From NCBI GenBank assembly GCA_049668345.1, contig JBATJF010000087.1, forward strand, positions 1-32,704: a stretch of DNA of 32,704 nt, written 5' to 3'. A program made the translations under genes and the position numbers. Of the stretch, positions 8,470 to 16,050 are shown one piece after another. Source of the stretch: Gammaproteobacteria bacterium. Its GTDB lineage: Bacteria > Pseudomonadota > Gammaproteobacteria > UBA9214. How positions within the stretch are numbered: position 1 is the first letter of the stretch; every line of letters begins with the position of its first letter. The notes beneath the pieces were generated by a model. The model did no database searches, had not been told where the DNA came from, and was given only the letters and a program-made list of their open reading frames with translations.

Positions 8470-8879
8470 TGCATTTGTCCGCCGGCAGGTTTATCCCCGC
8501 TGTTCTCGTGGCTCTGGTTCTCCTGGCCGGTTGCGGCCAGGAGATCAAGTACACACCGGCTGAACTGGGTGCATTCATAGACGAGTTGAAGGCAAATGGC
8601 GTTGACGGTTCGTTGCTGATACGGGCGCCTCTCAACGAGGACATGGAGTACATCGCGGAATATACAATAGCAAGGTATGCAAGCACGCGTGTCGTATCCT
8701 TCTTCAAATTCAAGGATGCTGAAAAGGCTGAGGCGGGCCTGCGGGAGGCCTTGAAGAATGACAAGTTGTCCGGACAGGCAAGCAATGCGTCATTTGTCAT
8801 GGCGGCGACATTTTACCCCCCGGATGACGAGGCGGTAGCGAAGATAAAAGCGCGGTTTCTCGCGCACAAATTTGACTGA
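8469..8879 (+). CDS. Hypothetical lipoprotein
   Basis: The start overlaps the upstream stop (TGATG). It has a lipobox (VLLAGC|G) after a signal peptide. No recognisable catalytic motif. Confidence 0.6.
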   Translation: MHLSAGRFIPAVLVALVLLAGCGQEIKYTPAELGAFIDELKANGVDGSLLIRAPLNEDMEYIAEYTIARYASTRVVSFFKFKDAEKAEAGLREALKNDKLSGQASNASFVMAATFYPPDDEAVAKIKARFLAHKFD

Positions 8880-9640
8880 TGAAAAAGACCCGCGCTCTGC
8901 CTGTGCTGCTAGTCCTGTGCATTGCAGTTGCCGGTGTCGTATACCTGGTGACGCCGCAGCGCGATGCAGCGCAGGAGTGGGAATCGCGTAAACCCCGTTT
9001 CCAGCAGGCGGCCGTGCATGCCGAGCCTCTGGTGAGGGCCATCACCGCGTACGTGTCTGCGTTCGGCCATCCGCCATCGGCACTCGCCGACCTTGTTCCA
9101 GGCTTTATTCAGGAGCTGCCCGCCACGGGGCTGCAGGAATGCAGCAGGTTCGAATACCGGTCTCTCGTGCACAAACAGGGGTCGATCGTGTGGTATGACC
9201 TGGGTTCAAGGCAGGGCGAGCCCTATTCCGGGGCGAGCCATTACAGCGATGGTGATCCGGGTCATGCCATCCTGGTGTTCGTACTGGATGCGAAGGGGCA
9301 AATCACCAGTGCCCTGATCGACCGGATACCGAAAGGCCGCGATCCGCTGGATTTTGATCCGCAGCGCTGGAAGGAAGGTGAGAACCGCATCGAGATGGCG
9401 CTGGCGCTGGCTGATACCTACAGACTGTATGGCATGCCCAGAGACGTGTTCGAGCGTCTGCTGGGGGCGCCTGACGGCAGTCGGTCCGTGCACGGCACGC
9501 CCTGGGAACTGCGTATCAATTGCCCGACCGGTCTGCTCAACCACGATAGCTTTGTTTACTGGCCCAGCGGGGAGTATCCGCAGCATCTGTATGGCGGTTT
9601 TACCGAGTCCGTTGGCAGATGGGTCTATGTCCACAGCTGA
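8879..9640 (+). CDS. Hypothetical N-terminally anchored (signal-anchor) protein
   Basis: The start overlaps the upstream stop (TGATG). The N-terminus is MKKTRALPVLLVLCIAVAGVVYLV. The composition is protein-like and no motif was recognised. Confidence 0.55.
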   Translation: MKKTRALPVLLVLCIAVAGVVYLVTPQRDAAQEWESRKPRFQQAAVHAEPLVRAITAYVSAFGHPPSALADLVPGFIQELPATGLQECSRFEYRSLVHKQGSIVWYDLGSRQGEPYSGASHYSDGDPGHAILVFVLDAKGQITSALIDRIPKGRDPLDFDPQRWKEGENRIEMALALADTYRLYGMPRDVFERLLGAPDGSRSVHGTPWELRINCPTGLLNHDSFVYWPSGEYPQHLYGGFTESVGRWVYVHS

Positions 9641-9768
9641 ATTTCCATCTCTGGAGTGGAACGCTTTCCGGCGGCAGATATGCTAGCATTGCTGCTGCGA
9701 AAAGATGCAGGATGCCGGCCCGGAATGCGGCCCGGCCATCCGCTCGGAGTCAATGTCGGAGGTCCGCC

Positions 9769-10221
9769 ATGTTCGGTTTCAAGAGTTCTTCTGCCAGGGA
9801 TAGCTCGCATTGCCTGCTGAAGGAGGTGGGCATCGCCGAGATCAACAAACAGCACCTGCGCCTGGCGAGTTATGCCGTGGATTTCAGCCTGATCGTGGAA
9901 GAGTTGTCCGGCAGGGAAGTCACCAACCAGGACTGGCGTCGTATCGACGCGCTGTTCAACAAGATCATGCGCTACGTCGAGACGCATTTCTCGGAGGAAG
10001 AGGCCTTGATGCGCGAATACGGCTACCCGGACTATGCCGCGCACAAGAAGCTCCATGACAAATTTTCCGCGGAGATGATAAAACTGCAGTCGGACATCAA
10101 TAACCGGAATATCAAGTTCAAGAAGAAAATGAGCAGCCTGCTCTGGGACTGGCTGTACCACCACATCAATGAAGTCGATTACCAGTACCGGGAATTCTTC
10201 CAGAGCAAGGGACTCAGCTGA
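9769..10221 (+). CDS. Hemerythrin-like di-iron domain protein (bacteriohemerythrin)
   Basis: GGAGG at 9757-9761 sits 7 nt before ATG 9769. The hemerythrin ligand pattern is present: EINKQH, ETHFSEEE, AAHKKLHDKF, WLYHHINEVD. Confidence 0.8.
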   Translation: MFGFKSSSARDSSHCLLKEVGIAEINKQHLRLASYAVDFSLIVEELSGREVTNQDWRRIDALFNKIMRYVETHFSEEEALMREYGYPDYAAHKKLHDKFSAEMIKLQSDINNRNIKFKKKMSSLLWDWLYHHINEVDYQYREFFQSKGLS

Positions 10222-10229
10222 ACTGTCGT

Positions 10230-11267
10230 TTATTTCCTGCCGGCGGCCAGGCTTTCGCGCAAAGCGTCCAGCGATTCAACCGGCCGGGAACTGCCTTCCG
10301 ATTCATAAACACCATCCTGGAACGATGCCGTGAGCGGCGTGTTTTCCGGTTCCGCGTTCATGGCAAAATAAAGAATGCCGCTGTTGCCATCGGTATCGTT
10401 GAAACGGATTTCGGCGCATGGTGCGGAGGACGCTTGCCCACCGCCCCCGGGTCGCTTGCCGCAGGCGGTTGGTGCGTCCGGCCATATCACCATGCTGCCG
10501 GGAGGCAACGCTGACTCAAGCCAGTCCACCAGGCTGACGTCACGCATGCCCTTGCCCGGTGACGCAACCGGAAGTGACCGGACGGTATCCGGTACCGGTT
10601 TCCGGGCATCAGTATCGAGTCCCGCCGTATCCACATGCCACACGGCGCCATTATTCCCGGTTTGAACACGCAGCCGTTCGACACCCTTGAAGGTCTTTGA
10701 CCTGACTGTGAAGCTGACCTGGCCCCGGCCGGTTATGCTGACCTGTTCATAGACTGGCGCGCGGTCACCCTCGAAATCAAGGTGGCGGCAGTCCACCGGG
10801 CCGTTGGGCGCACAGGAATCCGGCTTCTCCACCGGGTCGATCATCGATTCCGGCAAATGGCCGGGGTCCCAGCTGGCGAAATGACCGCAGGCATCGAAGC
10901 TGATATTGAAGGCATGTGTTGTTGCGATCAGGGTATGGTCGTCCGGCACTTCGTACCTGTCCTGCTCACCCAGGGCGACTGTCCTTGCACTGTCACTGTC
11001 CCGGCCGCCCGCTGCCCACAGCATCCGCCACCCGGCATCCCGGGGGTCGTCTGAATGTGAGTCGGCGGTGTGTTGCGACCGGCACATCACGACGGCATAT
11101 TCACCCAGATAATTGAAAGGAATATTGCGGAAATAGCGCACGACCTTGAGACTGAATTGCGGTCCGTCATAGAACACATGCTCATCCAGCCGTCGATTGG
11201 GCTCGCCGCAGGCGAGCAGCAGGGCAACAAGCATCATTACACCGGCATACAGGACTGCTCTTTTCAT
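10230..11267 (-). CDS. Hypothetical lipoprotein
   Basis: ORF 10230-11531. ATG 11267 overlaps the stop of the SirB-like gene (ATGA). It gives MKRAVLYAGVMMLVALLLAC|G, a signal peptide plus lipobox. The longer N-terminal extension overlaps the SirB-like gene out of frame. Confidence 0.6.
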   Translation of the reverse strand: MKRAVLYAGVMMLVALLLACGEPNRRLDEHVFYDGPQFSLKVVRYFRNIPFNYLGEYAVVMCRSQHTADSHSDDPRDAGWRMLWAAGGRDSDSARTVALGEQDRYEVPDDHTLIATTHAFNISFDACGHFASWDPGHLPESMIDPVEKPDSCAPNGPVDCRHLDFEGDRAPVYEQVSITGRGQVSFTVRSKTFKGVERLRVQTGNNGAVWHVDTAGLDTDARKPVPDTVRSLPVASPGKGMRDVSLVDWLESALPPGSMVIWPDAPTACGKRPGGGGQASSAPCAEIRFNDTDGNSGILYFAMNAEPENTPLTASFQDGVYESEGSSRPVESLDALRESLAAGRK

Positions 11268-11647
11268 GACAGCACCAGCGGGTTCTTCGTCAGCGCCACG
11301 GCGACGATATACATGAAGCAGAGCTGTGCGGCGATCCAGCTGCCTACGCGGATTCGCCTTGTTTTGCCGTAGGTCAGGGCCAGCATGCCAAGTCCGATAT
11401 AGAAAAACAGGAGCACGACCTTGGTCGTTAGCCAGGCGTGCACAAAGGGATACTGCCTGATGGTGAAGCAGAGAACGATTGCGGATACGAGCAGAACCGT
11501 GTCGATCACCGGGGGCAGGCGCCGGGTCCACTTGCGCTGCAACAGGTCCGGGTCAATGATCATCCATATGCCGCGGATGAAGAACAGCAGGAAGGTGATG
11601 ATCACGCAAGCGACATGAATATATTTTGCTATCACCGGATCAGTCAC
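11264..11647 (-). CDS. SirB-like small integral membrane protein (4 TM)
   Basis: 127 aa. MTDPVIAKYIHVACVIITFLLFFIRGIWMI... resembles the SirB/YchQ family N-terminus (KxxHv.cv.ls..lF..Rg.wm). It has four hydrophobic helices. Confidence 0.6.
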   Translation of the reverse strand: MTDPVIAKYIHVACVIITFLLFFIRGIWMIIDPDLLQRKWTRRLPPVIDTVLLVSAIVLCFTIRQYPFVHAWLTTKVVLLFFYIGLGMLALTYGKTRRIRVGSWIAAQLCFMYIVAVALTKNPLVLS

Positions 11648-11749
11648 CGTCGGGCGTTTGCTGTTTCTGGCGGTGTGGTATGCTCATGTACAGGTCCGGG
11701 CACCGTTTGGTCATCTTCGATACATTCAGCTTCGAACAGGTTGCAAACA

Positions 11750-11995
11750 ATGGAAATGCTGTATTTCACACTGGCCGCCATTTTCCTTTACCTGTTTTCC
11801 GACTGGATACTCAACCAGCTCGAGATCAGGCGCGGTGAACGATTCGAGCACCGCACGCTGATATTTTTTGCAATCATCCTGCTGCTGTCCCTGGTGCTCT
11901 TCCAGTTGATCCAGCGATTATATCCAACCCCGGGCCCCGGCGATGCAGTGGACGCGGAGCGGATCGAGCAGGGGGCCGGGGCCGAACGGCAATAA
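11750..11995 (+). CDS. Hypothetical small two-TM membrane protein
   Basis: Internal ATG 11750 of ORF 11438-11995, whose upstream part is antisense to the SirB-like gene. It reads MEMLYFTLAAIFLYLFSDWILNQL...LIFFAIILLLSLVLFQLI. Confidence 0.4.
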   Translation: MEMLYFTLAAIFLYLFSDWILNQLEIRRGERFEHRTLIFFAIILLLSLVLFQLIQRLYPTPGPGDAVDAERIEQGAGAERQ

Positions 11996-12013
11996 GTCGC
12001 CTGGAAATTCGGG

Positions 12014-12517
12014 CTAGCGGCTGAAGAAGCTGCCGGTCTCGGAATTGAAATTGATGAACAGCAGCTGGGCCGGTTCCAGGGTCACGGTTTCCTCGTCGGT
12101 ATGCGTGGGGCCCTTCACGTGCACGTCGTCGTTCATTTCCACGCCCAGCCGGTGTTCGCCGACGGGCACCTTGGCACTCAGGTAGACATCCACCCCGAGG
12201 TCGTTGTACAGGCCGGGCGGGTTGAAGACCTTCCCCGCAATTTGCTTGCCGTCCAGCAGCAAACTGACAGTGACAGGGGAACGTTCACGCGGGCAGTCCA
12301 TGGGCGCGCGCATGTTGGGCGGCAATCTGGCCAGTTCTTCCTGGGACAGGGTGTGGCACGGCTCGATGCGTGCACCGGCATGGGAATAGGCCACCGTGAC
12401 GAGCGCCTGGTCAGGTTTCAGGTGCGTGTAGGCGGGCGCGGCCGAGAAATACCACACCAGCAGCATGAAGATGCTGTAGTTCAGGGCCTGCAGCAGATAG
12501 CGCAGCGCCTCAGGCAT
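12014..12517 (-). CDS. Hypothetical membrane-anchored protein, last gene of the HCO operon
   Basis: ORF 12014-12748. ATG 12517 overlaps the upstream gene's stop by 8 nt. It reads MPEALRYLLQALNYSIFMLLVWYFSAAPAY (TM), followed by a ~130-aa beta-rich soluble part. The longer N-terminal extension is Ala/Arg-rich and overlaps the upstream CDS. Confidence 0.55.
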   Translation of the reverse strand: MPEALRYLLQALNYSIFMLLVWYFSAAPAYTHLKPDQALVTVAYSHAGARIEPCHTLSQEELARLPPNMRAPMDCPRERSPVTVSLLLDGKQIAGKVFNPPGLYNDLGVDVYLSAKVPVGEHRLGVEMNDDVHVKGPTHTDEETVTLEPAQLLFINFNSETGSFFSR

Positions 12518-14060
12518 TGCGCGCTTCCCGGGGGTGCGGATCGTCCAGTCCGTGCGTGGCGATCTGGCGCTGGAAGTCGGCAAGCTCGCGGCGCAGCCTG
12601 GCGCCGTCGGTGACGGCGCCCTGGAATATCCTGATGCGTTCGCGACTGGCGCGTTGCCGCAGCACCGGCTTGCGCAGACCCTCGAAGCGCTGATCCATCC
12701 AGGCATTGCCCAGGCGGTAGAAGCAGTCGCCGCCGCGGCAGCCTGCAATCATGACGCCACCTGCACCGTGCCGTTGCGCGTATTCCACGAGGGTCAGTGG
12801 CAGCATGCCCGTGCAGAACAGGCTCAGTACCGCGACGTTGTCGGCCTTCAGCTCGCTGATATCGGCGGCGTTGTCGCAGCCGAAAATCATGATGCCGTTA
12901 TCGTCCTTGAGTTCTGCCAGGGCGGACCGGGTCCGTGTCCGGATTTCGTCAATCGGGAACTGGGGCATATCGATGCCTGTTTCCAGCGGCGTTGCATTCC
13001 TGAACGGGTTGGATGAGTAGCAGGAGGCGACACAGATACCGCAGGCGGCACACTGGGCGGGATTGACAATGACTTCGTTTTTCCAGCGTGCCCCGTCGGT
13101 GCGTGCCTGTACCGAGATGGCGTCGAAGGGGCAGTCCTCGGCGCACTGGCCGCAGCCGTTGCATTGATCGAGATGAACCTCGGCCGCGGGGCCGGTTTTT
13201 CTGGGCGGCAGCCAGGGCAGGATGATCAGCAGCAGGGTGACGCTCGTGGTCAGTATCCAGACCTGGTTTGCCGACCACGTGTCGAGCAGGGGGTAGACGT
13301 TGAGATAGAACCAGTCGAGTCGCAGTACCGCGGGTACCCTGGAAAGGTCTGCGGGCGCATGGCTGGTCGCCGGCATCAGCAATGACAGTGCGAGCAGCGC
13401 CAGGAAACTGCCCACGGCCAGGCCACGGGGAGCACTGATCTCGACATGGGAGAGCCGCTTGACGTGCAGCCAGATGACACCGATCAGCATGATCGGCTGT
13501 CCCAGCAGGTGCAGGAAACCCATCAGGGTGAACATCCGGTCGGTGAGCTGACCCGCCAGGAAATCACGGGCCATGGAACCGGTCATCACCGGCACCGCAT
13601 CCATGAGCAGGGAGGAGAGCACCGCGACGTACAGGCCCAGTTCATCCCACACCAGCCAGTAACCGGTGATGCCCAGGGTGATAACGACCCACAGGGTCGG
13701 TATGCCGGTAACCCAGGACCACCAGCGGAAGCCATGGTAACGGCCGAGGGCGAATTCGCGAAACATGTGCAGCAGGATGGTGACGACTGCGGCATCCGAG
13801 GCATAGCGGTGCAGGCTGCGCATGATGCCACCCGCGTACCACTGGTGGTGGGTTATTTTCTCTACCGAGCTGTATGCGCCGGCGATGCTGGTGTCGAAGA
13901 AGATGAACAGGTAGAGGCCGCTGACCAGCACGACCCAGAAGAAGAAAAAGGTCAGTGTTCCGAGATGATAGAGTGGATTCCAGGCCGTTCCAAACGACAG
14001 GTTGAACCATTCCTCGAGCAGGAGGTAACTGCGCTTGACGGGATTAACGCGTTTGTTCAC
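12510..14060 (-). CDS. Fusion protein: cytochrome b(6)-like di-heme membrane domain, two [4Fe-4S] ferredoxin motifs and an MvhD/FlpD-like domain
   Basis: ORF 12510-14213. The first 50 codons are Arg-rich and overlap the senC-like gene, so GTG 14060 is the proposed start (uncertain).
- Cytochrome b helix B: IMRSLHRYASDAAVVTILLHMFREF.
- Cytochrome b helix D: FLHLLGQPIMLIGVIWLHV.
- A GYWLVWDE segment matches the cytochrome b GY.LPW region.
- Fe-S motifs: CNGCGQCAEDCP and CAACGICVASC.
- MvhD-like tail: IMIFGCDNAA...LFCTGML...GAGGVMIAGCRGGDCFYRLGN. Confidence 0.8.
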   Translation of the reverse strand: MNKRVNPVKRSYLLLEEWFNLSFGTAWNPLYHLGTLTFFFFWVVLVSGLYLFIFFDTSIAGAYSSVEKITHHQWYAGGIMRSLHRYASDAAVVTILLHMFREFALGRYHGFRWWSWVTGIPTLWVVITLGITGYWLVWDELGLYVAVLSSLLMDAVPVMTGSMARDFLAGQLTDRMFTLMGFLHLLGQPIMLIGVIWLHVKRLSHVEISAPRGLAVGSFLALLALSLLMPATSHAPADLSRVPAVLRLDWFYLNVYPLLDTWSANQVWILTTSVTLLLIILPWLPPRKTGPAAEVHLDQCNGCGQCAEDCPFDAISVQARTDGARWKNEVIVNPAQCAACGICVASCYSSNPFRNATPLETGIDMPQFPIDEIRTRTRSALAELKDDNGIMIFGCDNAADISELKADNVAVLSLFCTGMLPLTLVEYAQRHGAGGVMIAGCRGGDCFYRLGNAWMDQRFEGLRKPVLRQRASRERIRIFQGAVTDGARLRRELADFQRQIATHGLDDPHPREARNA

Positions 14061-14175
14061 GGATAGTCGTCTCTGGGTTTCACCGGTGTGCGAAGCAGGC
14101 CGCACGTGCAGGGTCTTGCAGGTGATTGTACCGCCAGAGCCTAATCGATGACGGGAAAGTCGTCCTTGATATGTC

Positions 14176-15027
14176 TCAAGAGTGAGCCGAGCGCCGGCCG
14201 TGCCTGACTTCACGCGCCAGGAGCACGATCCCGATCAGTATGATGGACCCGCCGATCACCATGCCGATGAACAGCGAGTAGTCGAAATAGTAGCCGTCCC
14301 GTGCAGGATCGTAGGTGGTGCAGAAGAAGTTGACCTTGTCGATCAGTTCGGACAGCAGGCCCTGGTTCGGCTTGGGTCGTCCGAGCACGAGCTCCTTGAG
14401 TGGCTCGACCAGTATCGGCGTCTCGAACACCTCGCCGTAAACCTGCCGGTAGACATGTCCCTCGGCGTCGATTACCGTGGCCTGCGTGATGTGGTCGAAG
14501 CCATTGGGTGATGCGTAGAACTCGAATCCAAGGTCCTTGCTCAGGGCCTTGACGGTATCCGGGCTGGCGCTGAGCAGGTACCACCCCCGGTCATCGATTC
14601 CCTGTGTCCGCGCGAAATGGATCATCGCCTGCGGGTTATCGTTGTAGGCATCGAAGCCCAGCACAGCGACGTTGAAGCTGTCTTCACCCAGGGCCTTGCG
14701 GGCCTTGTCGACCACCTTGGCGAGATGGCGGGTGGTCATGGGACAGATCTGGTAGCAGCTGGTATAGATCAGGCTCAGCACCAGCGGCTTGCCGCGCAGG
14801 TCGTCCAGGGTCAGGGCGCGGCTCTCGTGGTCGGTCAGGCGGTGGTTGCCCAGTACGCGGCCGATGGCGTCCTGGCTGCGCTGCAGGGCTTCCTTGTAGC
14901 GGAACGCCTGGACCGGGTCCTGCGGCTGTATAGCGTCGACCGGGCCGGGTTCTGCGGCGGCAGCCGGAACAAGCGCCGAGCAGAGTAATGCAAGGAGCAG
15001 GGCAAGAGGTCTGGATGAGTACCGCAT
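14176..15027 (-). CDS. SCO1/SenC-family copper chaperone with a C-terminal extension and TM anchor
   Basis: ORF 14176-15051; ATG 15027 gives the signal peptide MRYSSRPLALLLALLCSALVPAAAA. SCO motifs are PLVLSLIYTSCYQICP (C-x3-C) and FDHITQATVIDAEGHV. There is an extra ~70-aa tail with the TM FIGMVIGGSIILIGIVLLA. Confidence 0.85.
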   Translation of the reverse strand: MRYSSRPLALLLALLCSALVPAAAAEPGPVDAIQPQDPVQAFRYKEALQRSQDAIGRVLGNHRLTDHESRALTLDDLRGKPLVLSLIYTSCYQICPMTTRHLAKVVDKARKALGEDSFNVAVLGFDAYNDNPQAMIHFARTQGIDDRGWYLLSASPDTVKALSKDLGFEFYASPNGFDHITQATVIDAEGHVYRQVYGEVFETPILVEPLKELVLGRPKPNQGLLSELIDKVNFFCTTYDPARDGYYFDYSLFIGMVIGGSIILIGIVLLAREVRHGRRSAHS

Positions 15028-15065
15028 GATTGTGTGACTCGGGGCGGACAACGCCTGCCACGGTA

Positions 15066-15977
15066 TCAGCCAATCAACGTGGCGTCGAGTACGGCGAATA
15101 CCAGCAACACGATCAACTGTACCAGGGAGGCAAAAAAGGCGCGCATGCCGTTGCCGGGCGAGGTGTCCTTCACCAGCAGCAGGCTGCGATAGATGAAATA
15201 GCCGCCCCCGATAAGGGCGCCGGCCAGGTACAGCCAGCCGAGACCGAAGAAAAACGGCAGGACGGATACGCCGGTCAGCAGCAGCGTGTTGGCCAGCACC
15301 ACCCGGGCGGCCGCCGTGTTACCCACCTGCACCGGCAGCATGGGCACGCCGACGGCCTCGTAATCCTTGTGCCGCGCGATGGCCAGGCTCCAGAAGTGGG
15401 GCGGCGTCCACAGGAACAGGACAACGGCCAGGATGAGCGGTACCGCGCCCAGGTGGGGGTCGACCACGGCCGCGCCGGCCAGCACGGCAAAACTGCCCGA
15501 GGCGCCGCCGATCACGATATTCATTGATGTGCGGCGTTTCAGCCACACGGTATAGACGATGGCATAGAAGAAGGCGCCGAGAAAGATATACAGGGCGGCC
15601 ATGCCGTTAAGCAGCCAGCCGGCGGTGCCCACGCCGGCCAGCAGCATGGCACCGATCAGCAGCAGCCACCAGCGGCTGTGCACAAAGGCGCCGGTCACGA
15701 AGGGCCGGTCGACGGTGCGGCGCATGCGTGCGTCGATATCGGTTTCGTAATACTGGTTAAAGGCGCCCGCACTGCCGGCGGCCAGTAATACGGTGATCCC
15801 CAGTACCAGCACCTGCCAGGTGGCTACCGACTGCCCGGGGGTCACGATCAGGGTCACCACGGAGGTGAGGGCCATCACGACGCCGATGCGGAACTTGAAA
15901 AGATTCGACAGCTGATGCAACGTCGCCGACAAATCAAACGGTTGTCCGATGGCGCCCTCTATGAGTTGTCTCTGCAT
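15066..15977 (-). CDS. ctaB: Protoheme IX farnesyltransferase (heme O synthase, CtaB/CyoE)
   Basis: 303-aa UbiA-family polytopic protein. It carries NQYYETDIDARMRRTVDRP (the CtaB N..D..iD..M.RT..RP motif) and a second Asp-rich region. Confidence 0.88.
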   Translation of the reverse strand: MQRQLIEGAIGQPFDLSATLHQLSNLFKFRIGVVMALTSVVTLIVTPGQSVATWQVLVLGITVLLAAGSAGAFNQYYETDIDARMRRTVDRPFVTGAFVHSRWWLLLIGAMLLAGVGTAGWLLNGMAALYIFLGAFFYAIVYTVWLKRRTSMNIVIGGASGSFAVLAGAAVVDPHLGAVPLILAVVLFLWTPPHFWSLAIARHKDYEAVGVPMLPVQVGNTAAARVVLANTLLLTGVSVLPFFFGLGWLYLAGALIGGGYFIYRSLLLVKDTSPGNGMRAFFASLVQLIVLLVFAVLDATLIG

Positions 15978-16000
15978 GTTCGCGTACCCGGATGTTTAAT

Positions 16001-16030
16001 GCGGGGCGGACATGGTGCCATCCGCCCCGC
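16001..16030 (-). other. Intra-operon GC-rich hairpin between HCO subunit I and ctaB (possible attenuator or mRNA-processing element)
   Basis: GCGGGGCGGA (16001-16010) pairs perfectly with TCCGCCCCGC (16021-16030) across a 10-nt loop. On the minus strand it is followed by ATTAAACATCC, so there is no clean U-tract. Confidence 0.4.
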
Positions 16031-16050
16031 CTGGGCCCGGGTCCGGCTGC

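Noticed and set aside
11268-11531. N-terminal extension of ORF 10230-11531 (433-aa version)
   Set aside because: The extension overlaps the SirB-like CDS in another frame and is Arg/Pro-rich. The internal ATG 11267 forms an ATGA overlap with the upstream stop and yields a canonical lipoprotein signal peptide.
12518-12748. N-terminal extension of ORF 12014-12748, and the 14061-14213 extension of ORF 12510-14213
   Set aside because: Both extensions overlap the 3' ends of the upstream genes for tens to hundreds of nt and translate to Ala/Arg/Ser/Gly-rich strings. Internal starts give sensible TM N-termini. The exact start of the cytochrome b fusion remains uncertain.
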